64,000 nucleotides of DNA from a virus, in the IMG/VR virus record IMGVR_UViG_3300025128_000015, positions 32,001 through 96,000 of that record; one strand, 5' to 3'. Made by a program: the position numbers and the translations under genes. A model generated the notes under the pieces. The model searched no databases, was not told where the DNA came from, and saw only the letters and a list, made by a program, of their open reading frames with translations. Positions 38,559 to 47,852 of the stretch are shown here, in pieces (positions within the stretch are counted from its first letter, which is position 1; each line of letters begins with the position of its first letter).

Positions 38559-40388
38559 ATGATGAAGATTGGTGAAATATTAGATAGAAGAGGGAAAGAG
38601 TTACTCTCTGAAGCTCGTACCCCGTCCCAGAAAGAGATCGAAACTCATGCTCTGTCCATGGCGAAAAAGTATAATGTCCCTTTTGACATTATCATGCGCC
38701 ACATGTGGGTTGAGAGTCGCTATAATACAAAAGCAAGAAGCGAAAAAGATGCATATGGATTAATGCAGTTGATGCCAAATACAGCAAAGGGACTGGGAGT
38801 TGATCGATATGATTGGAAGCAAAACATTGAAGGCGGCGCCAAATACTTAGATCTCTTAAGAAAGAGGATACCTAAAAGAACTCAAAAAACCACCAACGCC
38901 AAAGGCGTGAAGAATATATGGCCGGCAATTGCCGTGGCATACTATTCTGGTGGCGGTGGGCTCAACAAGGTCGTCACCGCCGCCGCAAAGGCCGGCTATG
39001 TCGACAAAGAAGGCATGGTCGATTGGATGAGATACAGCAAGGAGACTGGAAGGTTCGCAAGGCGCATTCGCTACGCAGATGCAATTTATGATCCTAATCA
39101 TAGAATACAGAGGAGCCGTCTTAAGCGCCACCCTACATATACTATTCCGGTGCCTAAAGAACATATACACTCTAGCGGGCTGGAGGATTTTGGACAATCT
39201 CCAACTGGTACTGACGGCAAGACGACCGTGAGAGACTCAAGTGCTGCTCCTACGGTTATCTATATTGGAGACTCTACAACAGGCGGGATGGCACGTCATA
39301 TGAAAAAGGTCTTCAAGAAAAACGGTGTTAACGCACATGTTTTTCATGTCAATGGCGCCGGCGCAGCACTCATGCACACGATGGTAACAGGAAGATTTAA
39401 TAAATGGTCTAGCAAATATGACAAAGCTAAAAGAGAGAAGGCTATGTCCATTGCAGCCAAAATTGCCAATCTAAAAGCGCAAGGACCAGTATCAATTAGA
39501 ATTAATACTCTGGGTGGTAATGATCGCTTTCGTGTTGGTAGTGAGAAGAGCATAAGCAAGTACGTTGAGAATTATGTTAAGCCTCTTTTTAAGATGGTCG
39601 ATGAAGTGGGCGGTTCTGGCCGGTCTAAAACATATGATGCGGACTTAAAGAACAAGGCTATCGATGAAAAATATAGAGCGGCTGCCGAAGAGGTGGGCAC
39701 TCCCTACTATAGCGCCCGCGGCGCTGACGGCAAACCACAATCGTTTGGTAGTCCCTGGGCGCCAAGTGAACAATTTCCATGGAGAGAGAAGCAGGGCATC
39801 ACGGCTTATTACAGGCGACAAGCAGAAGAAAGAATCAAATTTAGCCTAAGCAATAAGAATATTAAATTTAGCCCCGGCCAGGCGCACCAGCCTGAGAAAA
39901 AGTTTTCTTTTAAGCCTTCATCCTCTCCGAGAGGACGGTTCTTGAGAAGCTACAAGTCGTTCCTTAAAAAGAATCCAGACTTTAATTTTGATAAATTTTA
40001 TAAAGATGTGGAGACTCATCTTGGTAGTGTTGCTTACGCCATGCCAAAACACGGATCCGATTACATTTTTGGACCAGAACACATGAGAACTTGGAAAGCT
40101 TTACAAAAGAAAAGATCAGCAAATTCTTTAAAACCGGATGCTATAGCTACTCCGACTGGTGCACCTATTGGCCCGATGACCAAAGAAAAAGAGCAAGAAT
40201 TGATTGATAAGACGCTTGCTCCTGTACAGGCTACAACAACGTCACCCACCCTAGTCAAAACTCCCACACCACCGTCTCCCGAGGTTAGCACCTCTACCAA
40301 CAAGACATCCCCTGATAAGCTTGTTAAAAAGGGATATAAGCCTGAAGACGGTGATTGGGTTGATGGTAAGTGGTATCCACACTATTAA
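38559..40388 (+). CDS. Lytic transglycosylase (SLT) fused to an SGNH/GDSL-like domain with a P/T-rich tail
   Basis: MWVESRYN, AYGLMQLMPNTAK, QNIEGGAKYL, AVAYYSG (SLT motifs); YIGDSTT, VNGAG, LGGND (SGNH blocks I-III). Confidence 0.8.
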   Translation: MMKIGEILDRRGKELLSEARTPSQKEIETHALSMAKKYNVPFDIIMRHMWVESRYNTKARSEKDAYGLMQLMPNTAKGLGVDRYDWKQNIEGGAKYLDLLRKRIPKRTQKTTNAKGVKNIWPAIAVAYYSGGGGLNKVVTAAAKAGYVDKEGMVDWMRYSKETGRFARRIRYADAIYDPNHRIQRSRLKRHPTYTIPVPKEHIHSSGLEDFGQSPTGTDGKTTVRDSSAAPTVIYIGDSTTGGMARHMKKVFKKNGVNAHVFHVNGAGAALMHTMVTGRFNKWSSKYDKAKREKAMSIAAKIANLKAQGPVSIRINTLGGNDRFRVGSEKSISKYVENYVKPLFKMVDEVGGSGRSKTYDADLKNKAIDEKYRAAAEEVGTPYYSARGADGKPQSFGSPWAPSEQFPWREKQGITAYYRRQAEERIKFSLSNKNIKFSPGQAHQPEKKFSFKPSSSPRGRFLRSYKSFLKKNPDFNFDKFYKDVETHLGSVAYAMPKHGSDYIFGPEHMRTWKALQKKRSANSLKPDAIATPTGAPIGPMTKEKEQELIDKTLAPVQATTTSPTLVKTPTPPSPEVSTSTNKTSPDKLVKKGYKPEDGDWVDGKWYPHY

Positions 40389-40399
40389 AAGAGAGAATT

Positions 40400-41257
40400 A
40401 TGAATATCGACAGCCTTATCGGCAACACCCCTTTGATCAAGATCACGGATAAGATCTACGCCAAGCTTGAAACTTATAATCCATCTGGCTCAATTAAAGA
40501 TCGCATGGCTTCATATATTTTGAAGAAGGCAGAAGAAAACGGTGATCTACGACCAGGACATACCATTGTGGAAGCCTCTTCCGGTAATACCGGCATTGCA
40601 TTTTCGATGCTTGCAGCTAATAAGGGTTATGGGTGTGTTATTATCATGCCCAAGAACATGAGCGAGGAACGAAAACAGATGATGAAATCCTTTGGAGCCA
40701 GAATAATTGAGGTGGGTGACAATGCTTTTAAAGACGCGATTAAAACAAGAGATGATTTAGTCAAGAATTTTGGCACGTACTGGTCTCCCATGCAGTTCAG
40801 TAATCACTACAACATCGAATGTCATGATCAAACGACCGGCGCCGAAATTGATAGACAGTTAACTGATATGAATTTAACCATAGCAGCCCTCGTCACAGGC
40901 TCAGGAACCGGAGGAACCATAATGGGATGCACTAAGCATTTAGGTAAATTATGGAAAAACATGAAAACAATTTTGGTTAAACCATATGAATCAGCTGAAT
41001 CTCATGGTATACAGGGTATTAATGACGGAGCCGACTTTTTGTGTGACATGAGGAAGGTGGATGAGGTCATAGAAATCAAAACAATAGAAGCTAAAGAAAA
41101 AGCAAGAATGCTGGCCAGAAAAAACGGCCTCTTGGTGGGTATTAGTTCTGGTGCTAACATCCTTGCAGCTGAAAAGTGGGTTCAAGAGAACGATCCGAGG
41201 GGTGTTGTCGTTACGTTCTTATGCGACCGCGGCGAGAGATATTTAAGTTGTATATAG
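40400..41257 (+). CDS. cysK: Cysteine synthase (CysK/CysM family, PLP); ORF track start 40370
   Basis: LIGNTPL, AKLETYNPSGSIKDR (PLP lysine), EASSGNTG, GSGTGGTIMG, HGIQGI, GISSGAN, CDRGERYLS. Confidence 0.93.
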   Translation: MNIDSLIGNTPLIKITDKIYAKLETYNPSGSIKDRMASYILKKAEENGDLRPGHTIVEASSGNTGIAFSMLAANKGYGCVIIMPKNMSEERKQMMKSFGARIIEVGDNAFKDAIKTRDDLVKNFGTYWSPMQFSNHYNIECHDQTTGAEIDRQLTDMNLTIAALVTGSGTGGTIMGCTKHLGKLWKNMKTILVKPYESAESHGIQGINDGADFLCDMRKVDEVIEIKTIEAKEKARMLARKNGLLVGISSGANILAAEKWVQENDPRGVVVTFLCDRGERYLSCI

Positions 41258-41260
41258 ATG

Positions 41261-41288
41261 TTGACTTCTGCTTGTTTGTTTCTATAAT
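41261..41288 (+). promoter_or_regulatory. Sigma70-like promoter TTGACT-N16-TATAAT (dnaE)
   Basis: Near-consensus, upstream of GAGG SD and ATG 41311. Confidence 0.75.
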
Positions 41289-41310
41289 ATAACAAACACA
41301 AAGAGGTCAC

Positions 41311-44300
41311 ATGGAACGTACTAAATCATCTATTGCATTCGTGGGTCTGCACGCACACAGTGTTGCAGGATCACCATTCGATGGCTTCGGCTATCCACAA
41401 GAGCATATGGATTATGCTTATGAAAACGGCTGCAGCGCGCTCGCACTTACCGATCATGGGAACATGAATGGGCTGTCTCATCAAATTTTACATGCCAAAA
41501 AAATGAAGGAAGAAGGCAAAGACTTTAAACCAATCTTTGGGGTTGAAGCATATTTTGTTCCATCAGTTAAAGAATGGAAAGATGCATATGAAAAAGCCAA
41601 AGAGGATAAAAAGACTGCTAGAGATTTAGAAAGTGACCCAACGAAGACCGCCAATGAGGACGAGGGAGTTTCGAAGAGCAAATCCGATAACATTATTAAG
41701 GCGCGCCGTCACCTCATATTGATTGCTCAGAACCAAGCAGGTCTCAATAATATTTTCAAGATGATTTCTACATCTTTCCAAGGAGACAATTTCTACCGGT
41801 ATCCTCGTGTTGACTATGATTTGCTAAGCAAGCATAGCGAGGGGGTTATTGCCTCTTCAGCATGCTTGGGCGGCGTCTATGCGGGCAACTATTGGGACAA
41901 CCGTGAAGAGGGACCAGAGGCTGTTCTAGATGCCATGCGTAAGACTACCAAACGAATGAAAGATATCTTTGGTAAAAGGTGGTATGGAGAATTACAGTGG
42001 AACGATATTCCAGAGCAGCACGAGTTGAACAAGGCTGTGCTGCAAATGAGAGATGAGTTTGGCATCGAAGTGATCTCCACGGCCGATAGCCACTATCCCA
42101 CTCCAACGGCTTGGAAAGATCGCGAATTGTATAAGCGCTTAGGTTTTCTTAACAGACCAAAGAAGCCAGATTGGATGACATCTGAGCTTCCAATTGATGT
42201 AGAAGAGATTGGTTACGAACTATATCCAAAGAATGGCGACCAGATGTGGGAGTCATATAAGAAATATTCATCTGAAACTGGTCACGAATACGACGATCAA
42301 GTTGTATACGACTCACTCACAACAACTCATTGGATTGCTCATGAACTCATCGAAGATTTCCTACCAGACGATACGGTTCGCCTCCCAGGATTCGTTGTAC
42401 CAGAGGGAAAAACTGCGACACAAGCTTTAGCTAGAGCATGCGTTACTGGCTTGACAGATTTGGGGTTTAGCGAAAATGAAGAGTACATAAACAGACTCAA
42501 GCACGAGCTTCATGTAATTGATGACAGAGGGTTTAGCAAATACTTCTTGACGATGAAAGCAATTGCAGACAAAGCTAATGAGAATATGTTATCTGGACCC
42601 GGCCGAGGATCTGCAGCAGGATCTTTGGTTGCGTATGTTTTGGGAATCACACAGGTTGACCCAATCAAATATGGGCTTCTATTTAGCCGTTTCTTACGCG
42701 CTGACGCCACAGACTATCCTGATATTGATTATGATGTTAGTGATGCTTTTGGGCTAAAAGAGATCCTTGCAGAAGAATGGGGCGAGACGACAGTTGTGCC
42801 TATCTCAAATTTCAACACGTTGCAGCTGCGCAGCCTGATTAAGGACATTAGTAAATTCTATGAAGTACCTTTCACAGAAGTTAATCCTGTCACATCAAAG
42901 ATGATGCAAGAAGCTACACCGAGAGCCAAACAGGTTCATGGTGTCAAAGCTGGAGTATACATTCCAACATTCGAAGAGATCATGGAATACTCTGAATCAT
43001 TGCAGAAGTTCCTTAATAAGTATCCCCACATCAAGACTCACGTTGAAGCTTTATATGGGCAGGTACGTTCAACCAGCCGTCATGCAGGCGGCGTTGTGAT
43101 TGGAGAGGACCTAGACAAGCACATGCCATTAATTAATTCAGGTGGCGTTGTTCAGACTCCATGGTCTGAAGGGCAGAACGTTCGACACTTAGAACCACTT
43201 GGCTTTATTAAATTCGATTTATTGGGCTTGTCGACCTTGGAAATGATTCAAGGCGCCGTCGAACATATTCTCAAGCGTCATCATAAGGTTGAAAATCCTA
43301 CGTTTGATCAGATTAAAGATTGGTATGATAAAAACCTGCATCCTGATTCTATCAATTTAAATGATAAGAAAGTATACAAGAATATTTTTCATAAAGGCAA
43401 ATTCGTCGGAATCTTTCAGTTTACGAATGAAGGCGCACAGAAATTCTGCATCAAAGCAAAGCCTAAAAACATTATTGATATCTCTGCTATTACTTCAATC
43501 TATCGGCCAGGTCCTTTGAGCGCTGACGTCGATGAGCTTTACGTTGATGCAAAAGAGAATCCAAGCAAAATAAACTATCCTCACGACATTGTAAAAGGTA
43601 TTACAGAAGAGACGGCCGGCTTTCTTATTTTCCAAGAACAGATTGCTCTCTTGGCAAATAAGCTTGGTGACAACATCTCATTGGATGAGGCAAACAAACT
43701 TCGCAAGCTGTTGACTAAAAAAGGTACAGGCAAGGGGGCAAGAGAGAAAGATAAGATCCGTAAGAAGTTTGTTGCAGGCTGCATGAATAAAAAGATCGAT
43801 AAAGCGACAGCAGAAGCTATGTGGGAGAAATTTGAATACTTCTCAGGATATGGTTTTAATAAGTCGCATGCCGTATCTTATTCTATCTTATCCTACCAGT
43901 GTGCTTGGTTATTAAATTACTATCCTGCTGAATGGACGGCTGCATTCCTGGACAAAGAACCAGAAAAGCGCAAAGAGGCTGCAATTAATTTGGCACAAAA
44001 ATACGGCTTCAGTATCGAGCCAGTCAATATTAACACTTCAAATTGGCACTGGGATATATCTAAAGACGGAAAGACGATGATTCAGCCTTTAAGCTCAATC
44101 AAGGGCTTGGGCGATAAAGCTATTGAGCAGATTATTGATAATAGACCTTTCAATAGTGCTGAAGACTTGCTTTTTAACGAGGGCATCATTTATTCTAAGT
44201 TCAATAAAAAAGCTATGGATGTCCTCTGTCGATGCGGAGCCATGCGAGATTTACTAGATGAGAGGTTCTCAGGTATGAAACATTTCTGGGCTGCATGTGT

Positions 44301-44745
44301 TGCTGATCGACCGAAGAACAAGAAGAAGCTAGTTGAAAACATAGAATTGTATAAACCAGAGGGAGAGTACTCAGACGAGGAGAAAATCGAAAACTTGTCT
44401 TCGCTAACTGGTATATTCCCTATTACTTTGGTCATGACCCGCGATGTCCGAGAACGCCTTGAACATTACATGGTGCCGCCACTGGGGAGCACTGATCGTG
44501 AATTGGGTGATGTTGTCTGGTTTATCCCGCGAGAAATTATTCCAAAAAAGACAAAGACAGGAAGAACATATTGGATTGTCAGGGCTATTGACAGCACATC
44601 AACCGTAACAAGCATTCGTTGCTGGGGTGTTCGCGACAATGATAGACTTCATATTAATCGTCCATATATGGCCAGATTAGATTACGATCCAGCATGGGGC
44701 TATTCTACAAAGTCTATAAAGCATAATTTCAAACTTTTAGGTTGA
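41311..44745 (+). CDS. dnaE: DNA polymerase III alpha subunit (family C)
   Basis: PHP domain LHAHS and ALTDHG; GPGRGSAAGSLVAY, YPDIDYD, RHAGGVV, IKFDLLGL, YRPGP, IFQEQ, GYGFNKSHA; no intein seen. Confidence 0.96.
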   Translation: MERTKSSIAFVGLHAHSVAGSPFDGFGYPQEHMDYAYENGCSALALTDHGNMNGLSHQILHAKKMKEEGKDFKPIFGVEAYFVPSVKEWKDAYEKAKEDKKTARDLESDPTKTANEDEGVSKSKSDNIIKARRHLILIAQNQAGLNNIFKMISTSFQGDNFYRYPRVDYDLLSKHSEGVIASSACLGGVYAGNYWDNREEGPEAVLDAMRKTTKRMKDIFGKRWYGELQWNDIPEQHELNKAVLQMRDEFGIEVISTADSHYPTPTAWKDRELYKRLGFLNRPKKPDWMTSELPIDVEEIGYELYPKNGDQMWESYKKYSSETGHEYDDQVVYDSLTTTHWIAHELIEDFLPDDTVRLPGFVVPEGKTATQALARACVTGLTDLGFSENEEYINRLKHELHVIDDRGFSKYFLTMKAIADKANENMLSGPGRGSAAGSLVAYVLGITQVDPIKYGLLFSRFLRADATDYPDIDYDVSDAFGLKEILAEEWGETTVVPISNFNTLQLRSLIKDISKFYEVPFTEVNPVTSKMMQEATPRAKQVHGVKAGVYIPTFEEIMEYSESLQKFLNKYPHIKTHVEALYGQVRSTSRHAGGVVIGEDLDKHMPLINSGGVVQTPWSEGQNVRHLEPLGFIKFDLLGLSTLEMIQGAVEHILKRHHKVENPTFDQIKDWYDKNLHPDSINLNDKKVYKNIFHKGKFVGIFQFTNEGAQKFCIKAKPKNIIDISAITSIYRPGPLSADVDELYVDAKENPSKINYPHDIVKGITEETAGFLIFQEQIALLANKLGDNISLDEANKLRKLLTKKGTGKGAREKDKIRKKFVAGCMNKKIDKATAEAMWEKFEYFSGYGFNKSHAVSYSILSYQCAWLLNYYPAEWTAAFLDKEPEKRKEAAINLAQKYGFSIEPVNINTSNWHWDISKDGKTMIQPLSSIKGLGDKAIEQIIDNRPFNSAEDLLFNEGIIYSKFNKKAMDVLCRCGAMRDLLDERFSGMKHFWAACVADRPKNKKKLVENIELYKPEGEYSDEEKIENLSSLTGIFPITLVMTRDVRERLEHYMVPPLGSTDRELGDVVWFIPREIIPKKTKTGRTYWIVRAIDSTSTVTSIRCWGVRDNDRLHINRPYMARLDYDPAWGYSTKSIKHNFKLLG

Positions 44746-44769
44746 CAAATGGAAAAAGGAGTTTATAAT
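44742..44769 (+). promoter_or_regulatory. Sigma70-like promoter TTGACA-N16-TATAAT
   Basis: Perfect hexamers at the dnaE stop codon. Confidence 0.75.
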
Positions 44770-44776
44770 GGGTAAT

Positions 44777-45043
44777 ATGTCTCGTAAAATTAAGCGCAAT
44801 AAGAAAAAGAAAGCTAAAAAAGAACTAGCAACAAAAGTAGCGCTATTCGGACAAATAGGCGATGCATGTATGACATGCGACAAGTCTTTTGACAAGAAAG
44901 ACAGAGAGCAAGTTATGTCCTGGTCTGTTGTTGTTAGAGAACAAGAAAAGAAAGTAAACTTGTACTGTCCTGACTGTTGGGACAAGGCAAAAACAATTAT
45001 AGAAGAATTTAAAAAACATTTGGAGGATAAAAATGATTCTTGA
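44777..45043 (+). CDS. Hypothetical zinc-ribbon protein (ORF track start 44768)
   Basis: CMTC...CPDC; basic N-terminus. Confidence 0.65.
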   Translation: MSRKIKRNKKKKAKKELATKVALFGQIGDACMTCDKSFDKKDREQVMSWSVVVREQEKKVNLYCPDCWDKAKTIIEEFKKHLEDKNDS

Positions 45044-45488
45044 ATATGCTAAAGTAAGAGAAAAAGCAAGAGCCCCAGAAAGAGCAAACCCAAGCGATGC
45101 TGGTTTGGACGTGTTTTTCAACCCAGAAAAGTCTGATATGGTAACTCTTAACCCAGGCGAGAGTGCACTTTTTTCAACTGGTGTCCGTTTCGGTGTGCCT
45201 CATGGATACATGCTGCAGGTCATGAATCGCTCCAGCATGGCTGCTAAACGAGGGCTTATCGTCGGCGCCCACTGTGTCGACAGTGGTTATGATGGAGAAG
45301 TCTTCATTGATTTGCATAACATTGGAAACCAGGTCAGAAATATTGAACCAGGAGACAAGATTGCGCAAGTGGTCCTTATCCCGGTGGTACCATTCCGTGC
45401 CCTGGAAACGTCTTCAGGGAACCTCTACGACTGGTATCCGATCACAATATCTGATCGTGGAGAAGGCGCCTTGGGGAGTACAGACTGA
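45033..45488 (+). CDS. dut: dUTPase (trimeric)
   Basis: DAGLD, NRSSMA, CVDSGYDGE, GDKIAQ, RGEGALGST. Confidence 0.93.
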   Translation: MILEYAKVREKARAPERANPSDAGLDVFFNPEKSDMVTLNPGESALFSTGVRFGVPHGYMLQVMNRSSMAAKRGLIVGAHCVDSGYDGEVFIDLHNIGNQVRNIEPGDKIAQVVLIPVVPFRALETSSGNLYDWYPITISDRGEGALGSTD

Positions 45489-45868
45489 TGATATCACATA
45501 AGAGTTTTGAACCCGGCGAAGATCATTTGCCCTACAAAAAAGCCTTGGCTGGCCATGACTTCGGCTTTGGAGATGTTAGAGAACAGGAGAATGATGTCAT
45601 GGAAACTAAAAAAGGATGCAAGAAATGTGGAAAAGAAAAAACATGTAAACCAAAAAAAGAAAAGGTCAGTAACCCGGCGCATTATAACACTGGGAGGATC
45701 GAAGTTATCGATGCCATTGAAGATTGGGACCTTGGTTTTAACGACGGAAATGCGATTAAATATATTGCGAGGCATAAACACAAAGGCGACTCCGTACAGG
45801 ATATTGAAAAAGCTATTTGGTATCTCCAAAGGCATTTGAAAAATCTCAGGAGCGGTGTGCTCAGATGA
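45488..45868 (+). CDS. DUF3310 (SaV-like) domain protein
   Basis: VSNPAHYNTGRIEVIDAI...FNDGNAIKYIAR..HKG...DIEKAIWYL. Confidence 0.85.
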   Translation: MISHKSFEPGEDHLPYKKALAGHDFGFGDVREQENDVMETKKGCKKCGKEKTCKPKKEKVSNPAHYNTGRIEVIDAIEDWDLGFNDGNAIKYIARHKHKGDSVQDIEKAIWYLQRHLKNLRSGVLR

Positions 45869-46902
45869 ACTTTAAGAACTTCAGAAAGAGTTTATCATTC
45901 GATGATGTTTTGCTAATTCCACAGTATAGTGACATTGAAAGCAGATCTCAGGTTGATATAAGTAGCGAACTGGATGATAACTTTAAATTTAGGCTTCCCG
46001 TTATTTCTAGCCCCATGGACACTGTGACAGAAGAAGCCATGGCCATTGCTCTGCACGAGGCAGGAGGCTTCGGAATCATTCATAGATACAACACAGTCAC
46101 AGAGCAAGCTGATATAGTCAGAAAACTGCGAGAACGCAATAATACTATGCCGATTGCTGTGGCAATCGGGGCAACGGGAGACTATCTTAATCGTGCAGAA
46201 TCCGTGACTAAAATAGGCACGAATATACTATGTATTGATACTGCTCACGGACATCATGTGGCCATGGAACGAGCCATAAAAACTTTAAAAGATAATTATG
46301 GAGACAATATTCATATTATGGCTGGAAACGTCGCAACATTGGAGGCGTTCAATGCCCTGTCTGAGTGGGGAGCCGACAGCATTCGGGTCGGTATTGGAGG
46401 TGGAAGTATATGTTCAACAAGACTTGTAACTGGACATGGTATACCAACGTTGGAGAGTGTGATGGAATGCGCTCGCACAGGACACTCCACAAAAATTATT
46501 GCAGATGGAGGTATCAAGACCAGTGGAGACATTGTAAAGGCTTACGCAGCCGGCGCCGATTTTGTCATGATTGGATCTATGCTAGCGGGGACGGAGGAAA
46601 CACCAGGTGAAACGTTTCATAGTAACACAGGGAAAAGGTATAAGGTATACAGAGGAATGGCCTCCGCCGAAGCCCAATCAGATTGGAGAGGAAAATCTTC
46701 AACACCAGAAGGAGTCGCAACCACAGTTACCTACAAGGGAAAGGTTGCTCCTATATTGGATAATCTTGTGGGTGGTATTAGGAGTGGATTTAGTTATTCT
46801 GGTGTGCGCACATTGAGAGACTTTCAATTGAAAGCTAAATTCATCCGTCAGTCGGCCGCAGGACAGATAGAAAGTTCCACACATATTATGAGGCAAAAAT
46901 GA
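45865..46902 (+). CDS. IMP dehydrogenase / GMP reductase family, no CBS domain (ORF track start 45817)
   Basis: LSFDDVLLIP, SSPMDTVTE, IDTAHGH, MAGNVAT, VGIGGGSICSTR (catalytic Cys), IADGGI, YRGMAS, PEGV. Confidence 0.9.
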   Translation: MNFKNFRKSLSFDDVLLIPQYSDIESRSQVDISSELDDNFKFRLPVISSPMDTVTEEAMAIALHEAGGFGIIHRYNTVTEQADIVRKLRERNNTMPIAVAIGATGDYLNRAESVTKIGTNILCIDTAHGHHVAMERAIKTLKDNYGDNIHIMAGNVATLEAFNALSEWGADSIRVGIGGGSICSTRLVTGHGIPTLESVMECARTGHSTKIIADGGIKTSGDIVKAYAAGADFVMIGSMLAGTEETPGETFHSNTGKRYKVYRGMASAEAQSDWRGKSSTPEGVATTVTYKGKVAPILDNLVGGIRSGFSYSGVRTLRDFQLKAKFIRQSAAGQIESSTHIMRQK

Positions 46903-47216
46903 AATATATATTTATATTAGCCTTGTTGTTTGTTGGTTGCAACAAGCCAAAGGTATATGAATGCCGCGGCTGGGATAAGAGAGCATGCATGTGCCCGAAT
47001 GGAGAAGTCGGCGTGCAAAAGTGTTCCCGTGGACCTGCCTTTGCAGATCCCCCACCGGTAAGGACATGGCTCCCATGTAACTGTTGTTTTATCATTAAGA
47101 AAGACGAACATGGCATTTATTATATAAATTATGATGATGCTTCTGGGTGTTGGGATGATATATATGACCCCTCCGTCCCATCCGTAGAGGAAATTATAGA
47201 GGAGGACACCGATTGA
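46899..47216 (+). CDS. Cys-rich putative lipoprotein
   Basis: MKYIFILALLFVGC lipobox; CxxxxxxACxCPNGxxGxQxC pattern. Confidence 0.6.
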   Translation: MKYIFILALLFVGCNKPKVYECRGWDKRACMCPNGEVGVQKCSRGPAFADPPPVRTWLPCNCCFIIKKDEHGIYYINYDDASGCWDDIYDPSVPSVEEIIEEDTD

Positions 47217-47554
47217 AAGATCCAACAGTACCAGACCCAAGAGATCGTAAGAAGTTCATGTTCTATGACACGGAAAAGAGGCAAGCGGATTTACGCATTA
47301 AACTTCAACATGATGGAATGACTCAGAGTACATTTTTTCGAGTCATGATATCGGGATACTTAGAGAATGATGAAAATATTATAAATTATCTTAACATTTT
47401 TCAAGAAAAGTATAAAATGCGAGGTAAACATAAAATTAAAAAAGTTAAAAAATTGATTGATAAAGGTGAAGAATTGAAAAAGAAATTTAATATTGATGCT
47501 GGCGATATCGAAGATATATTTGATCTCGTCGAAATGGAGGGTCCTTCTCTATGA
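47213..47554 (+). CDS. Putative ribbon-helix-helix DNA-binding protein
   Basis: KKFMFYDTEKRQADLRIKLQHDGMTQSTFFRVMISGYL fits the RHH strand-helix-G-helix pattern. Confidence 0.5.
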   Translation: MKDPTVPDPRDRKKFMFYDTEKRQADLRIKLQHDGMTQSTFFRVMISGYLENDENIINYLNIFQEKYKMRGKHKIKKVKKLIDKGEELKKKFNIDAGDIEDIFDLVEMEGPSL

Positions 47555-47787
47555 AATGTTTAGAAAAGTGTATTGAGTTAGGTGTCTCGTGCCCTGTTAT
47601 AGACTGTCGGGCATGGATTGAGAGCGAGTCAGAATACAACTGTATTCATGAAGCTGTCGACTCTCAGGGAGAAATGACCCTTCGCGAAGTTGCCAAGAGA
47701 TTGAATGTTAGTTTTGTTAGAGTGAAGCAGATAGAAGATAAGGCAATAAAAAAATTAGGTAAAATCAAGAATTTTAAGACTATTTAG
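47551..47787 (+). CDS. Stand-alone sigma70 region-4 HTH protein with a Cys-rich N-terminus
   Basis: EMTLREVAKRLNVSFVRVKQIEDKAIKKL matches sigma 4.2 (TLEEIG..F.VTRERIRQIE.KALRKL); five Cys in the N-terminal half. Confidence 0.8.
   Translation: MKCLEKCIELGVSCPVIDCRAWIESESEYNCIHEAVDSQGEMTLREVAKRLNVSFVRVKQIEDKAIKKLGKIKNFKTI
47779..47786 (+). promoter_or_regulatory. Putative late promoter motif ACTATTTA
   Basis: Overlaps the stop codon of the sigma-4 ORF, upstream of acidic ORF 47853. Confidence 0.5.
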
Positions 47788-47852
47788 AATAGTGAAATAA
47801 TTTGTGTTTTCAGCACAATCAAATGTAGAAAAGTTTCAAGGAGTTACATAAA

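Noticed and set aside
30218-44745. Inteins or group I introns in recA, helicase, nrdJ or dnaE
   Set aside because: Lengths are ordinary, conserved motifs are contiguous, and no C/S...HN splice junction or LAGLIDADG block was seen
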